Assembly (NCBI GenBank): GCA_030390025.1
Contig: CM059425.1
Span: 164,240,001-164,304,000, forward strand
Length of the DNA stretch: 64,000 nt
Origin: Squalus acanthias
Taxonomy: Eukaryota
Direction of reading: 5' to 3'
Under the pieces are notes generated by a model. That model was not told where the DNA came from. It worked only from the letters and a program-made list of their open reading frames with translations, and did not search any database. Made by a program: the position numbers and the translations under genes. Positions 1 through 11,047 of the stretch are shown here, piece after piece. Numbering within the stretch: position 1 is the stretch's first letter; each line of letters begins with the position of its first letter.

Positions 1-131
1 AATCATGGCCAATGAATTTGTACAAAGCATTGGTCCAGTTCCAGCTGAAGTATTCTGTCTCACTTTGGCCACAGTACTACAGGGACTGCTTGACATTGAG
101 GATGTACTGAGAAGGGCAACTAACTTGATAC

Positions 132-367
132 TGTGGCGGATCGCCACCTAAACGGGCATGTTCCACTTTTCCGTCCGTGGACAAAATATCGGGCACCTTC
201 CTTGCCTTTAAGGCAGGAGAAAAGGAGTGGGCGGGGCCTCAGGATTTTTCCAGAGAATTCTGGGAGCTTTTTGTATCAGCCTTTTTGGACCATGCAGTTG
301 TATTAAAAAGCTTTTGTTTTCCACACATGGATTCAGTCTTAATTCGTGTTTCGCGGCAGCCTCAACA
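132..367 (+). repeat. 5' LTR (236 bp)
   Basis: TGTGGCGG...CTCAACA; matches 4240-4487 apart from 3 substitutions and one 12-bp length difference; ATTAAA at 302-307. Confidence 0.95.
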
Positions 368-368
368 T

Positions 369-382
369 TGGTGACCCCGACG
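369..382 (+). promoter_or_regulatory. Primer-binding site, tRNA-Trp
   Basis: TGGTGACCCCGACG lies 1 nt after the LTR and equals the first 14 nt of the tRNA-Trp PBS known from avian leukosis/sarcoma viruses. Confidence 0.9.
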
Positions 383-407
383 CTCAGAACGTATTCCGAG
401 CACTGCA

Positions 408-3400
408 ATGGCGGACACGAACGCAGTTTCCGTGAAACTGCTGGAGTTTTGGGAAAACCAGCCCGAAGCCTGGTTTCTCCAAGCTGAATCCTGCTTCCGG
501 CTGCGAAACATCACCACAAATGGGACACAGTACGACTACCTCGTCACATCACTCAGTAGCGCCACAGTTTCGAAGGTTTGGACAGCGCTGCAGAACCCAC
601 CAGAGGAAGGCAAGTTCGCACATCTTAAGGCAGCGCTCCTTAAAAAATTTATGGCCTCGGCATACCAGCGAAACTGCCACCTCCTCGACCTTCCAGGCCT
701 CGGTGATGCCTCACCATCAGACCTCCTCTCCCACATGCGCTCCCTCACCGACGAGAGCCCACCCGGATCCCTCTTCCACACGCTGTTCATCCGCCAGCTC
801 CCTCTCAGCATCCGCCCAGCGATCGTGGCGTCCGGCCTCACGAACCTGGAAGCCCTGGCCGATGAGGCCGACAAGCTGCTGTCCGCTCACTCCAGCCGCG
901 ACGTCACTCCGGACCTGGCAGCCAATGCCTGGGCGCGCCCCTCACTGGCCACCACGCGGCCACAAGGACCAGCCACCAGGCCCACGGGGCCTTCGCGCCC
1001 CACTAACCCGGGCCACTGTTACTACCACGCACGGTTCGGCGCCAGGGTACAACGGTGCACAACTCCCTGCTCTTTCAAGTCCGCCCCCATACCAGCCCCC
1101 GCGATGGCCGTGGGTCACGCGGGCTCCCTGCTGTACGTCACGGATGACAAAACCGGCCGCCGGTTCCTGTGCGACACTGGAGCTCAGCACAGCATCATCC
1201 CGGCCTCCTCCCTCAACATCCAAAAGGGCGAACGAGGACCGGCGCTGGCTGCGGCTAACGGCTCAGAAATCCGGATGTACGGCACCCAGACAGTCACCCT
1301 CGACCTCGCTGGTCGCCGCTACCGATGGGAGTTCATCACTGCCAAGGTGCTCTCCCCTCTCATCGGCGCAGATTTCCTGTGCGCCCACAGCCTACTGGTA
1401 GACATCCCTCGTCACCGCCTCGTGGACATGAACACCATGTCCCCCATCCTGGGCGCCATGGCCCCCCGTCAACCCGCCGACATGGCGTCACAGTGCCACG
1501 CCCGGGCCATGGATGACTAGTCGGCACTCCTGGCCGAATTCCCGGCCCTTACCAATCTGACCTTCTCCGCGGAGGCCGCCAAACACGGGGTGGAACACTT
1601 CATCCCCACAACAGGCCCCCCAGTGTACGCCCACGCCCGCAGGCTGGACCCGGCCAAACTGGAGATCGTGCGGACCGAGTTTGCCACCATGGAACAGCTC
1701 GGCATCATCCGCCGCTCCAACAGTCCCTGGGACTCCCCACTCCACATCGCCCCCAAACCAGGCGGGGGTTGGCGCCCCTGCGGGGATTACCGCCGCCTCA
1801 ACGACGCCACCACCCCTGATCGGTACCCCGTGCCGCACATTCAGGACTTCTCGGCTAGACTGGCCGGCCGCTCAGTCTTTTCCAAGGTCGACCTGGTGCG
1901 CGGCTGCCACCAAGTCCCCGTCCACCCCGCGGACGTCCCCAAGACGGCCGTAATCACCCCCTTCAGCCTGTTCGAGTTCCTGCGGATGCCCTTCGGCCTC
2001 AAAAACACGGCCGAGGCATTCCAACGGCTCATGGACTCGGTCCTTCGGGACCTGAAGTTCCTGTTCGTCTACCTGGTCGACATCCTGGTAGCCAGTTCCT
2101 CCAAGCAGGAACACCTCGAACACCTTCGCATCCTGTTCGGGCGCCTCAGCGACCACGGGCTCATCCTCAGCCCAGCCAAATGCCAGTTCGGCCTGGACAA
2201 GATCGATTTCCTCGGCCACCACATCACCCATGCTGGGGCCATTCCCCTGCCCACCAAGGTGCAGGCCGTCCAACAATTTCCCCGCCCCACCACCATCAAA
2301 GGCCTCCAGGAGTTCCTCGGGATGGTGAATTTCTATAACCGCTTCATCCCCAAAGCGGCGTCCCTCATGAGGCCCCTGTATGAAGCCCTCCGGGGCAGGA
2401 GCGGCAAGATGGTGGTCGAATGGACGGCAGACGCGTCCGCCGCCTTCGACTCCACCAAGACCGCGCTCGCCAACGCCACCCTGCTCGCGCACCCACGGCC
2501 CAATGCCAGGGTAGCGCTCACCACGGCCGCCTCCGACCACGCGGTCGGCGCCGTGTATGAGCAGTGGGTCGACGACGCCTGGCAACCACTTGCCTTCTTC
2601 AGCCGCCAACTACATCCCCCGGAGGTCAAGTACAGCACCTTCGACCGCGAGCTCCTCGCGCTGTTCCTGGCGGTCCGCCATTTTCAGTTTTTGCTTGAGG
2701 GCCACCCCTTCACTGCGTTTGTCGACCACAAGCCCCTGACATTCGCAATGGCAAAGACAACCGACCCCTGGTCCGCCAGGCAGCAGCGCCAGCTCGCGGC
2801 AGTGTCCGAGTTCACCACGGACATCCAACACGTCTCCGGCCGAGACAATGTGGTAGCCGACTGCCTCTCCCGCCCCGCCATCCACGCCGCACACCTGGCA
2901 GTCGACTACGCTCAACTCGCAGCAGACCAGATCACCGACCCTGATCTGCTCTCCTCACCTACCAACCTACCAGGGCTACGCCTGGCCGACATCGCCTGTG
3001 GCCCGACCGCAGTCACGGTCAAGTGCGACATATCCCTATGTCAACCTCGGCCCGTCGTCCCAGCGTCCTGGCGCCGCCGGGTATTCGACATTCTCCACAA
3101 CCTCTCCCACCCCGGCGCCCGCGCATCCATCAAATTGGTAGCCAACCGCTTTGTCTGGCGCAGCCTTCGCAAGGATGTGCGTACTTGGGCCAACTCCTGC
3201 CTAGCCTGCCAATGGGCCAAGGTACAGCAACACACGAAAGTACCCCTCGAGGAGTTTACCATCCCCTCGCGTAGATTCGACCACATCCACGTGGACATCG
3301 TCGGGCCCCTGCCGCCGTCGCAAGGCCACACGCACTTACTGACGATCGTTGACCGCACCACGCGCTGGCCCGAGGCAATTCCACTGACCTCTACCACCGC

Positions 3401-4219
3401 CGCCGACATCGCCAGAGCCTTCGTCAGCACCTGGGTCGCACGGTTCGGCGTCCCCTCCAACATGACTTCGGACAGAGGTCCGCAATTTACCTCTGAACTC
3501 TGGACCGCCGTCGCACGCAATCTCGGGGTGACCATTCACCGCACCACAGCGTACCACCCCCAAGCCAACGACTGTGTGAGCGGTTCCACAGATCCTTGAA
3601 GGCATCTCTTCGAGCCAGCCTCCAGGACGGCGCCTGGACCGACCGACTTCCGTGGGTCCTCCTCGGCCTGCGCACCACGGTTAAAGAAGATCTCCACGCA
3701 TCGGCAGCAGAGCTCGTGTATGGTCAGCCGCTGCGCGTACCCAGCGAGTTCCTGCCCACCGCCACGACACCCTGGTCAGCCGACCAGCAACGCCACGACT
3801 TCGCCTCACCGGCGCTGCAGTTCGCCCCGGTGCCCATTGCCCGACACAGCGAATCCACCTCACACGTCCCACTAAGCCTGCACAAGGCACGGTTCGTTTT
3901 CGTCCGGCACGACGCCCATCGTGGACCCCTTCAACCCCTGTACGACGGGCCCTAGAAGGTGCTACAGGCTGGGGACAAATTTTTCACCCTGCAAGTGGGC
4001 GACAGGACCGAAAAAGTGTCGGTTGACCGACTCAAGCCAGCACACTCGGAGCCCGATGAGCAGGTCCCTGCAGCTCGTCCACCTCCACGCGGCCGACGTG
4101 CCCTCAAGCCGGTTCACCCGGCTGCTCCACGCCCGGCCGTTCCACGTCCACTGGCGTCCTACAACAGCCGCTCCGGCCGGCCCATCAGACCACCGCACCG
4201 TCTCGTCCACACCTCCTAA
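408..4219 (+). pseudogene. Gag-Pol polyprotein, disrupted
   Basis: Gag AVSVKL.EFW; protease FLCDTGA; RT WRPCGDYRRLN / RMPFGL with YLVD replacing YLDD; RNase H TAAS (for TDAS) and YSTFDRELLA; integrase HVDIVGPLP, SDRGPQF, HPQAN. In-frame TAG at 1518-1520, frameshift near 3570, TAG at 3953-3955. Confidence 0.93.
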
Positions 4220-4228
4220 GCGGATTCT

Positions 4229-4236
4229 GGGGGGAG
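4229..4236 (+). promoter_or_regulatory. Polypurine tract
   Basis: GGGGGGAG ends 3 nt before the 3' LTR. Confidence 0.8.
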
Positions 4237-4239
4237 CTG

Positions 4240-4487
4240 TGTGGCGGATCGCCACCTAAACGGGCATTTTCCACTTTTCCGTCCGTGGACAAAATATCGG
4301 GCACCGTGCCTTTAAGGCACCTTGCCTTTAAGGCAGGAGAAAAGGAGTGGGTGGGGCCTCAGGATTTTTCTAGAGAATTCTGGGAGCTTTTTGTATCAGC
4401 CTTTTTGGACCATGCAGTTGTATTAAAAAGCTTTTGTTTTCCACACATGGATTCAGTCTTAATTCGTGTTTCGCGGCAGCCTCAACA
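4240..4487 (+). repeat. 3' LTR (248 bp)
   Basis: Direct repeat of 132-367, followed by TSD ATAC. Confidence 0.95.
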
Positions 4488-4699
4488 ATACCTTCAATTA
4501 GGCACTCGGTCTAGGAAGAGAGCCCATGGAAACTGTGAATATTTATACTGTGAAAAAGAAACCTTGGAAGATCTGATTCAAGATTCAGTCGAGCTCATGG
4601 GCTGGATTCCGACAGAGCTGGACCTGAAAATGGGGTTGGATTACATACTGCCACATTTACACTGGCAGTCTGGCTGCTGCCATCTTGGAAGGGTTCTTC

Positions 4700-5125
4700 C
4701 AATGGGTGGCTGGACCTTTTTAATATGCAAATCAGGGTCCTATGATGTACAAAGGACCCAGATTGCCATTTTAAGGGGCAAATGGCCATTGTGCAAGCTC
4801 TGCTCACTTGACCCAGGTAATTTCAAAAAATGGCCCCAGATCTTTTTTGATTTCATTTTTGTTGGGCCAGGAGGAGCAGGAATGTTCCTATGGGCGCCAC
4901 AAGAATACAGTGCGCTGCTGCTCCCCTCTGCAATTCGTTCCACCCCCACCCCCCAACCTACCTGCCTGCTGGCTGGCTCAGCACCCGAGCCAATCAGAAT
5001 TCATCCAATGGCCAACCAGGGAGCTGCAGCGGGAGTGTGCAGTTTATCAGGGCAATGATAATGAGGCCTGAGCCTCAAAATATCTAGGGCCTCTCTGCTG
5101 GCCCAATGGTCAAAATCTACCCCCT
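4700..5125. mobile_element. Decayed Harbinger-type MITE (left boundary approximate)
   Basis: Ends in AAAATCTACCCC, resembling the TIRs of other MITEs here; related motifs occur in 6290-6932. Confidence 0.45.
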
Positions 5126-5869
5126 TATATTTACATAATCACACTCTGCAACAAAGAGACATGTACTGAAACCCAGTAGAGGGAAGGTGAGCAGACAGTT
5201 TAAATTGAACAATTTTACACAGATTGGGAAATACGTAGAGTTGGTCAATGTCGGCAAATCCAATTGGAAAGATGTTTAGCAGAGAAAGGAATAGCTGGGT
5301 ATGAAAGATAGAGTAACGTATGACACTTTTCGAACATTGGGACTACCAGACACTTGTGGTTCGGTACATTCCTATTTTCTGAAGCGTTTTCCAGGATTTA
5401 TCATTTGGAAAATAGTTGTTTATGATTACAATCTAGCACCATTTATGTTAAGCAGTATCTTTAAGTCAATAAAAGCTGTGTGTATTGTGTGTTTTTTGTT
5501 AAATGAGCAGTATCGGAGCTTATTATCTTCTTGCAAAATAACTTCAGTTAATGAATGCATAAAACTAAAATACCTCACCAGCTATCCAACAGTTACTGTC
5601 ATTAACATTTGATGTTGTAAGACTAATGCAGCCCCTGAAGTGTTTATGTACTTTTGTTGTCATGGTGACAAACTGAGTCAGCACAGTCAGAAAGATGCTT
5701 GGAGTGGTGACTGTACTGGCCTTCTAAAGTACTTTCTTTTTCAGATCAACGAGAATAACATTTCTAAAGAAAGATTGGGAATAATGGGCTATTTTATCAT
5801 CATAGCTGATAACAGATATGACACATACTACTGGCCCACAAGCAGTGTTGTAAATGCACTTACCTTATG

Positions 5870-6133
5870 GATAATGGCCCTCCTTGCCTCCTTTTACCTG
5901 CCGGAATTCATAAGCCCCGGGAAACCTGGCCAACATTAAAAATAAAAACACTGTAAATTCACTGACCGACCCACCTCCTGAGAATGGATTGGTCACCCAC
6001 ACCCCAACCCACCTCCATTAAAACCAGGAGTTGAAGGGTTGGAGGCGGGTTGGGTTCGGGTGTGAAATTTTTGCAATTTTTACTTCCAACCCGACCGCAA
6101 CCCACCCGTCCTTGGGTTTTAAAATTACCCCCA
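5870..6133. mobile_element. MITE fragment
   Basis: GGCGGGTTGGG / ACCCGACC motifs ending AAAATTACCCC. Confidence 0.45.
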
Positions 6134-6289
6134 AAGTCTCTTCTCGGTCAGCTCTAAATGTACTAACTACATGCAATAAGTTTTTCTCCTAGTGGACACA
6201 ATTCCCCAGCACAAAATTGTCTATAATTTGACACTAATTTGATAGTTAAATTTAAAAGCTTCGAATGTCTAATTTGGAAGTAGAAATAC

Positions 6290-6932
6290 TGTGGAAGAAT
6301 TCAACTTACAGCCGCCTGCTTTGCTCCCAAAAAATGGGCATCAGTCCCCCGAATTTTGCATCGTGATTTGTCGTGCCAATTCTGGACCGGATGTGCACTG
6401 GATGCCATATTGGCTCAAGCAACTTTTAGTCGTCTAGGGTATTCACCTAAAATGGGTGTTAGGCTCCTTATTTGGGGTCCTATGCCAGTTGTAGGACCAC
6501 GAATGCGAAATTCAGATGCAAATGGTCAGACCATGTTCTGCCTTGTCGCAACAGGTCTTGAGCGGCCGAAACAGTGGTCCTTAAAGGAACCGTTGCAGGC
6601 CGCTTAAAAGAAGGACAAAGAAAATGTCAGTTTTTATTTTTGTGGACCCAGGAGAAGCAGGGGTGTTCCTCTTGGTCCCACAAAAATTCTAGCCCATTGC
6701 CAGCATGTTTGAGGGCCCCAAACCCCCTGGATCACTTCCGCATGGGAGCCGGCTGATTTCCCACTCTACCCCAACCAGTGCGCTGCAGCAGGGCGCCTGG
6801 AGCTTGTCAACAGCACTTAAATGAGGCCCGAAACTGTATCTGGCTTAAGCATCAGGCTGGCAACAACTGACGCATGGAATGGTTGCTACGACGACTTTGC
6901 GACCATTTTGGGCAGAAGTCAAATTTCTCCCC
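6290..6932. mobile_element. Decayed Harbinger-type MITE
   Basis: Degenerate termini GGAAGAATT ... AATTTCTCCCC. Confidence 0.5.
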
Positions 6933-7279
6933 TACTATATCATGATGGCGATGTGGGAGTGCTCATCTGAGATGAAAAAATATTGCTCCATCAGAGCAGA
7001 AGAAACTTTAGTCTATATCCAACACATGGTAAGTCATTTTCTGAAATCATCCTCAATATAAAAATATCTTTCAGCCCAATGTTGTGCAAGCTGGAAGCAA
7101 GAAATGGGGCCTGTAGTCCTGGAAAGGTGCAGCTTAAACAAAGTTCTCCACATGGCTAGGAAATAGTCTACTAACTGTCACTTTGAGTAGTTCACTTCTA
7201 AGATAATACAAGCAGAAAATAAAAGGGTTGGAAACTCCTTACCAAGGTCATAGATAAGGGTCCCTGTAGGGCTAACTAA

Positions 7280-7452
7280 AAGAGAACATTCTGGAAACAG
7301 TCAGCAGATAAGGCTGCATCTGTAGAGAAAGAAAAAATAGTTAGGTTAATATTTCAAGTATATGATCCTTTATCAGAACCCTGACCTGATGAGTGTTTCC
7401 AGCATTTTCTGTTTTTATTTCAAGTTTCCAGCATCTGCAATATTTTGCTTTT
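7280..7452. mobile_element. Decayed Penelope-like terminal repeat (inverted arrangement)
   Basis: Matches the 46735-46842 terminal sequence in both orientations (GAGT.TTTCCAGCATTTTCTGTT); degenerate hammerhead core on the minus strand. A more eroded copy lies at about 9375-9515. Confidence 0.65.
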
Positions 7453-8255
7453 TGGGAAAGCTACCGATAAATTGAGAGGGTGCAGCTGTTGGCTTTAATA
7501 CCCTGATGCAGCCCAGTATTTGTGAAGGGCGCCTAATTCTGGATAATGCATAGGTGTACAAATGAAACATCTGCACCCTTTCCATGGCATCAAGAGGTGG
7601 AAATTCAGCATGAATATCATAGAATAAGGGCACAACTGTACATTGGGAAAGTTTGAAGTGCAAACTTTCCAAGCTCAGAATCCTGCAGTTGTAACATAAG
7701 ATTTGAGAACTACTACATTATTACTCCAGGTGGAATAGGTTAAATCGGGGCTTTAGTACCATTTTCAGTCTACTTTATATGATAAGGGAGGGGATGACCG
7801 CTATAATCTTCTTGTGCGGCAATTTTCTTGGTCCTTCATTTATGTTGTTTTTGCACATCAGTCTGGAAACATCTAGAAATCCATATAAATTATTTGCTTT
7901 TTCTTAATTCAGCAACATGAATGCAGCTTTTAAGTTATAACACAGGGAGCTGTACAATGTTAGTAAAGTACAAATATAATTCAAAGACATATTAACAAGG
8001 CTTTATTTCAACCAACAGATTACTAGTAAATATCATACATTATATAACACAAACTGATATTTCAATATTCATTGAAAATATTATTTTCTTTATGATACTG
8101 TTCTGTCAGTGACTTTGTCATGCTGCCATGAAAGAGATCTAATTGTCTTCATGCTAAAAGGTATTGAAACAAAAAATTTTATCTTTTATAAATTACTCTT
8201 GAATTGCTATTTACACGTTCATGCTACAAATAAAATATATAATAGCTAAGTATAA

Positions 8256-9148
8256 GGGGTAGAAATTAGGTCGCGCCCCATTTGGGGCGCAAATATCGTC
8301 CGGATGCAAATATTAGCGCCTGGCGCTAATTATCGGCACTGACTGGAAACTTCACTTTTACCGCCCCGGGAGGTGAGTGGAGCGCTAAATCAGGCGCTGC
8401 ACACCTGTCTTAAGGCGCAAAGGCCAAGGAGTGAGGCGCTAACTCAGAGCGCTGGCGAAGCTCATGTAATGTCAGTCAGCAATGGAACACACACACAATG
8501 GCATGGGCCAGTTCTTAAAGGGGATGGTTAATCTTGCTTTCCATCCACATCCTGTTCATTGCAGCCTTGAATCTCGGCCTGGAGAGACTTGCACATCAAA
8601 TGTGCTGGAAAGAACAATGGAGAGTACCAGGCAAAGAGCTCAGAGTGCAGCTCCCACAGTCTCTGCTAAATCGATACAAGGAATGGCAAATCAAAATGAA
8701 CCTGCAAAGTGCTGCTCAGTACCCAAAACAACTTCACACAACGTTGAATCTCTCCAGAAGTCTCTCCCTCTCTCTCTCAGAATGCGTAGTTCAAAAATGC
8801 CACCAACAATAAAAGACAGGAAGAGGCCCCCTTTAAATAGCGCCCCCCCCAGCCCCACAGCGATTGATAGCGTTCCAGTCTTCTGGTCGTTGGATGCGCC
8901 AGGCGGTAAGGCAGGGGGCGCCACTCAATTTCCGCTCCGGGGCGCCACAAGGGCATTGCACCATGGAATGACGTCACAATCTGCGCGCGCAGGTGGTCGC
9001 AGCGGTAAAGTTTAGCGCCGCCGCACAATCTCTAGTTAAGTTCCCGAGCGGCGCAAACATCGCTGCGCCCGGGCGTTAGCGGCTTAACGCCCCATTAGCG
9101 CCCTCTTAAGGCGCTAACGGGAGGCGCAACCAAGTGAATTTTTACCCC
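8256..9148 (+). mobile_element. Non-autonomous PIF/Harbinger element (893 bp), copy 1
   Basis: TIR GGGGTAGAAATT / AATTTTTACCCC; 3-bp TSD TAA; near-identical to 23274-24168. Confidence 0.9.
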
Positions 9149-11047
9149 TAAGAGTTTTGCTTGACAGTGATGAGGTAATCGCACTAGTGAAATGTAAATT
9201 GGGCTTGTCAATACTGATCAGTCATGTAGCACTAAAACCACAAATTTCTGTTCACCACTATTAACTGTCTGTTTTTATAATGCATTCGATGTACCATCAG
9301 GAGGAAGCATTGAGGCAGAAATTAGACACAGTCAAAAGAAGGCACCATCGACTCACAGCTTATAGGGCAGAAGCAAAAACAGAAAATGCTGGAAAGACGC
9401 AGAAGGTCAGTTAGCTGTAAGGCAGAAAAAGACAGGGGAATGCTTTGGACAGTGTTCCTTTTCAGTGTTTTTTGTTTTTTTTAAGATTTCCAGCAATTGC
9501 AGTTTTTTGCTTTTTAATTGTACGTCAGGTAGAGCAACATTGGCGGAGGAAGGGTACGGTTGCTTGATTACACTCTGGGAGGAATGGGGAAAGGAGTAAA
9601 AAAAAATGGAAGATACTTTATTTATCAGCAGATAATGAGATCAATGTTTTGTCTGCTCAGCTGGAGTTGTTCTTGATAGTTTGCCAATGCCTAACCTATG
9701 GGTGTGAGGTTTTCAGTTTCAGCAAAAACACTGTTCCATTTATATTGTAGACATTGTTTTCCATAGGAGGAGTTTGACCTATTTTAGAACTAGGTGTGTC
9801 GCAGGCAGTAAACTGTAGAGAAATTTCAGCTGGGCACGCGATTCAACTTGTCTCCATACTCGAGCAACTGGTCGAACAGCTCGATCAAAATTCTGCTTCT
9901 CACAACTTAATTTTAACTTCAGAATATTACCAGAAATTAAATTGTAAATATTTTCATGCAACTCCTCATCAGTTATCAATTATTTTCATTGTTTATTAAT
10001 ATTACATCCCATAAACTCTAAACCAACATAACTTAAATTTTTTGGGATGCAAACTGGAAATTAATTATTAATTATTATGAAGGAGTTAATAATATTGTAA
10101 ACTAATATTGATAAAGAATATTTATTTCCTGCCCCATTTTTTTCTGTTACGACAGCCTAGCAGTAAATATGTACTAGTCAACAGATAAAATACATTTAAA
10201 TAATGCACGAGCTAAGTGACTCTGAATCCAATCCTATGTCCATGTTGTAAAAGCTGTTAACACACAGAGAGCAAGGAAGGCCCCTGAAATGAAGTATACG
10301 GACTCAGCAAGAGCTTTAAGTTTGAATAAAGGTGACAGAAAGGGGTGCGGTAAAGGAGCAGAAGCTTACAAGCCCCACACCAGACAACCTGCCTAGTACA
10401 GAAACCAATGACAAGAGCATGAATCAATGGAATCTGTACAGCACACCCTGTGAAATTTGAGCTGTTAGAAATAGTTGGAAGAACCTGAAAGCGGCCACAT
10501 GGAAACAAGGCAGAAGATAAATACCATGATGATATTACAATATGTTCTTACAGTCAGCTGTTAGATAATGAGCATTGTTTTCCATACAAGAAAAGTGCTG
10601 GCTTCAGATGGAAGTTGGATGTGCAATATTAAATGAATCCCGGCAGTTAAAAGTGGCTGGGCCGCACTCTGTTCTCTTCCTCTGGGTACGGCACCCGCTT
10701 CAGTCGCCACACACACCAATCTCGCCCCGAGTTAAAATCAACCCCATCTTCTTTCATAGTTCCTATTCTACCATGGTCTTCTCATTTCTACTACAAGGAG
10801 GAGGCTTCACATAACAAGCACAAGTGAATACAGACAGGAGGGAGTTCACCTAAGCTGCGACCCTTGACACCCCATGAGGCAGAGGACCATGGAGATTATA
10901 GGCAATAGAGAGAGTGGGAAAAGATGAAGCCAGAGGCCTCCTCCAAGCAAATGGCTAGTATCATCCTTTGCTTTTCATTCTTTCTCTCCTTATTGAGTCA
11001 CTCATTCACTCCCTCAGATATACATGGCTGTACTGTACGTTGCAATG

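Larger units (their letters stand above)
132..4487 (+). mobile_element. Full-length Ty3/Gypsy LTR retrotransposon, CsRN1/Kabuki/Boudicca-like, inactivated
   Basis: Direct repeats TG..CA at 132-367 and 4240-4487; 4-bp TSD ATAC (128-131, 4488-4491); PBS and PPT present; gag-PR-RT-RH-IN order; Gag CHCC box CYYHARFGARVQRCTTPC. Confidence 0.95.

Noticed and set aside
1518..1520. In-frame TAG as a programmed readthrough site
   Set aside because: It lies after the protease rather than at the gag end, and the element has other lesions (YLVD, TAAS, a frameshift, a second TAG); more likely a nonsense mutation.
4285..5058. 257-aa ORF
   Set aside because: Runs across LTR, CR1 relic and MITE boundaries; a chance chimera.
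8482..9015. 177-214 aa ORFs repeated at 8482 and 23391 as a duplicated gene
   Set aside because: They lie inside near-identical MITE copies, have no recognisable domain and are broken in the older copy.
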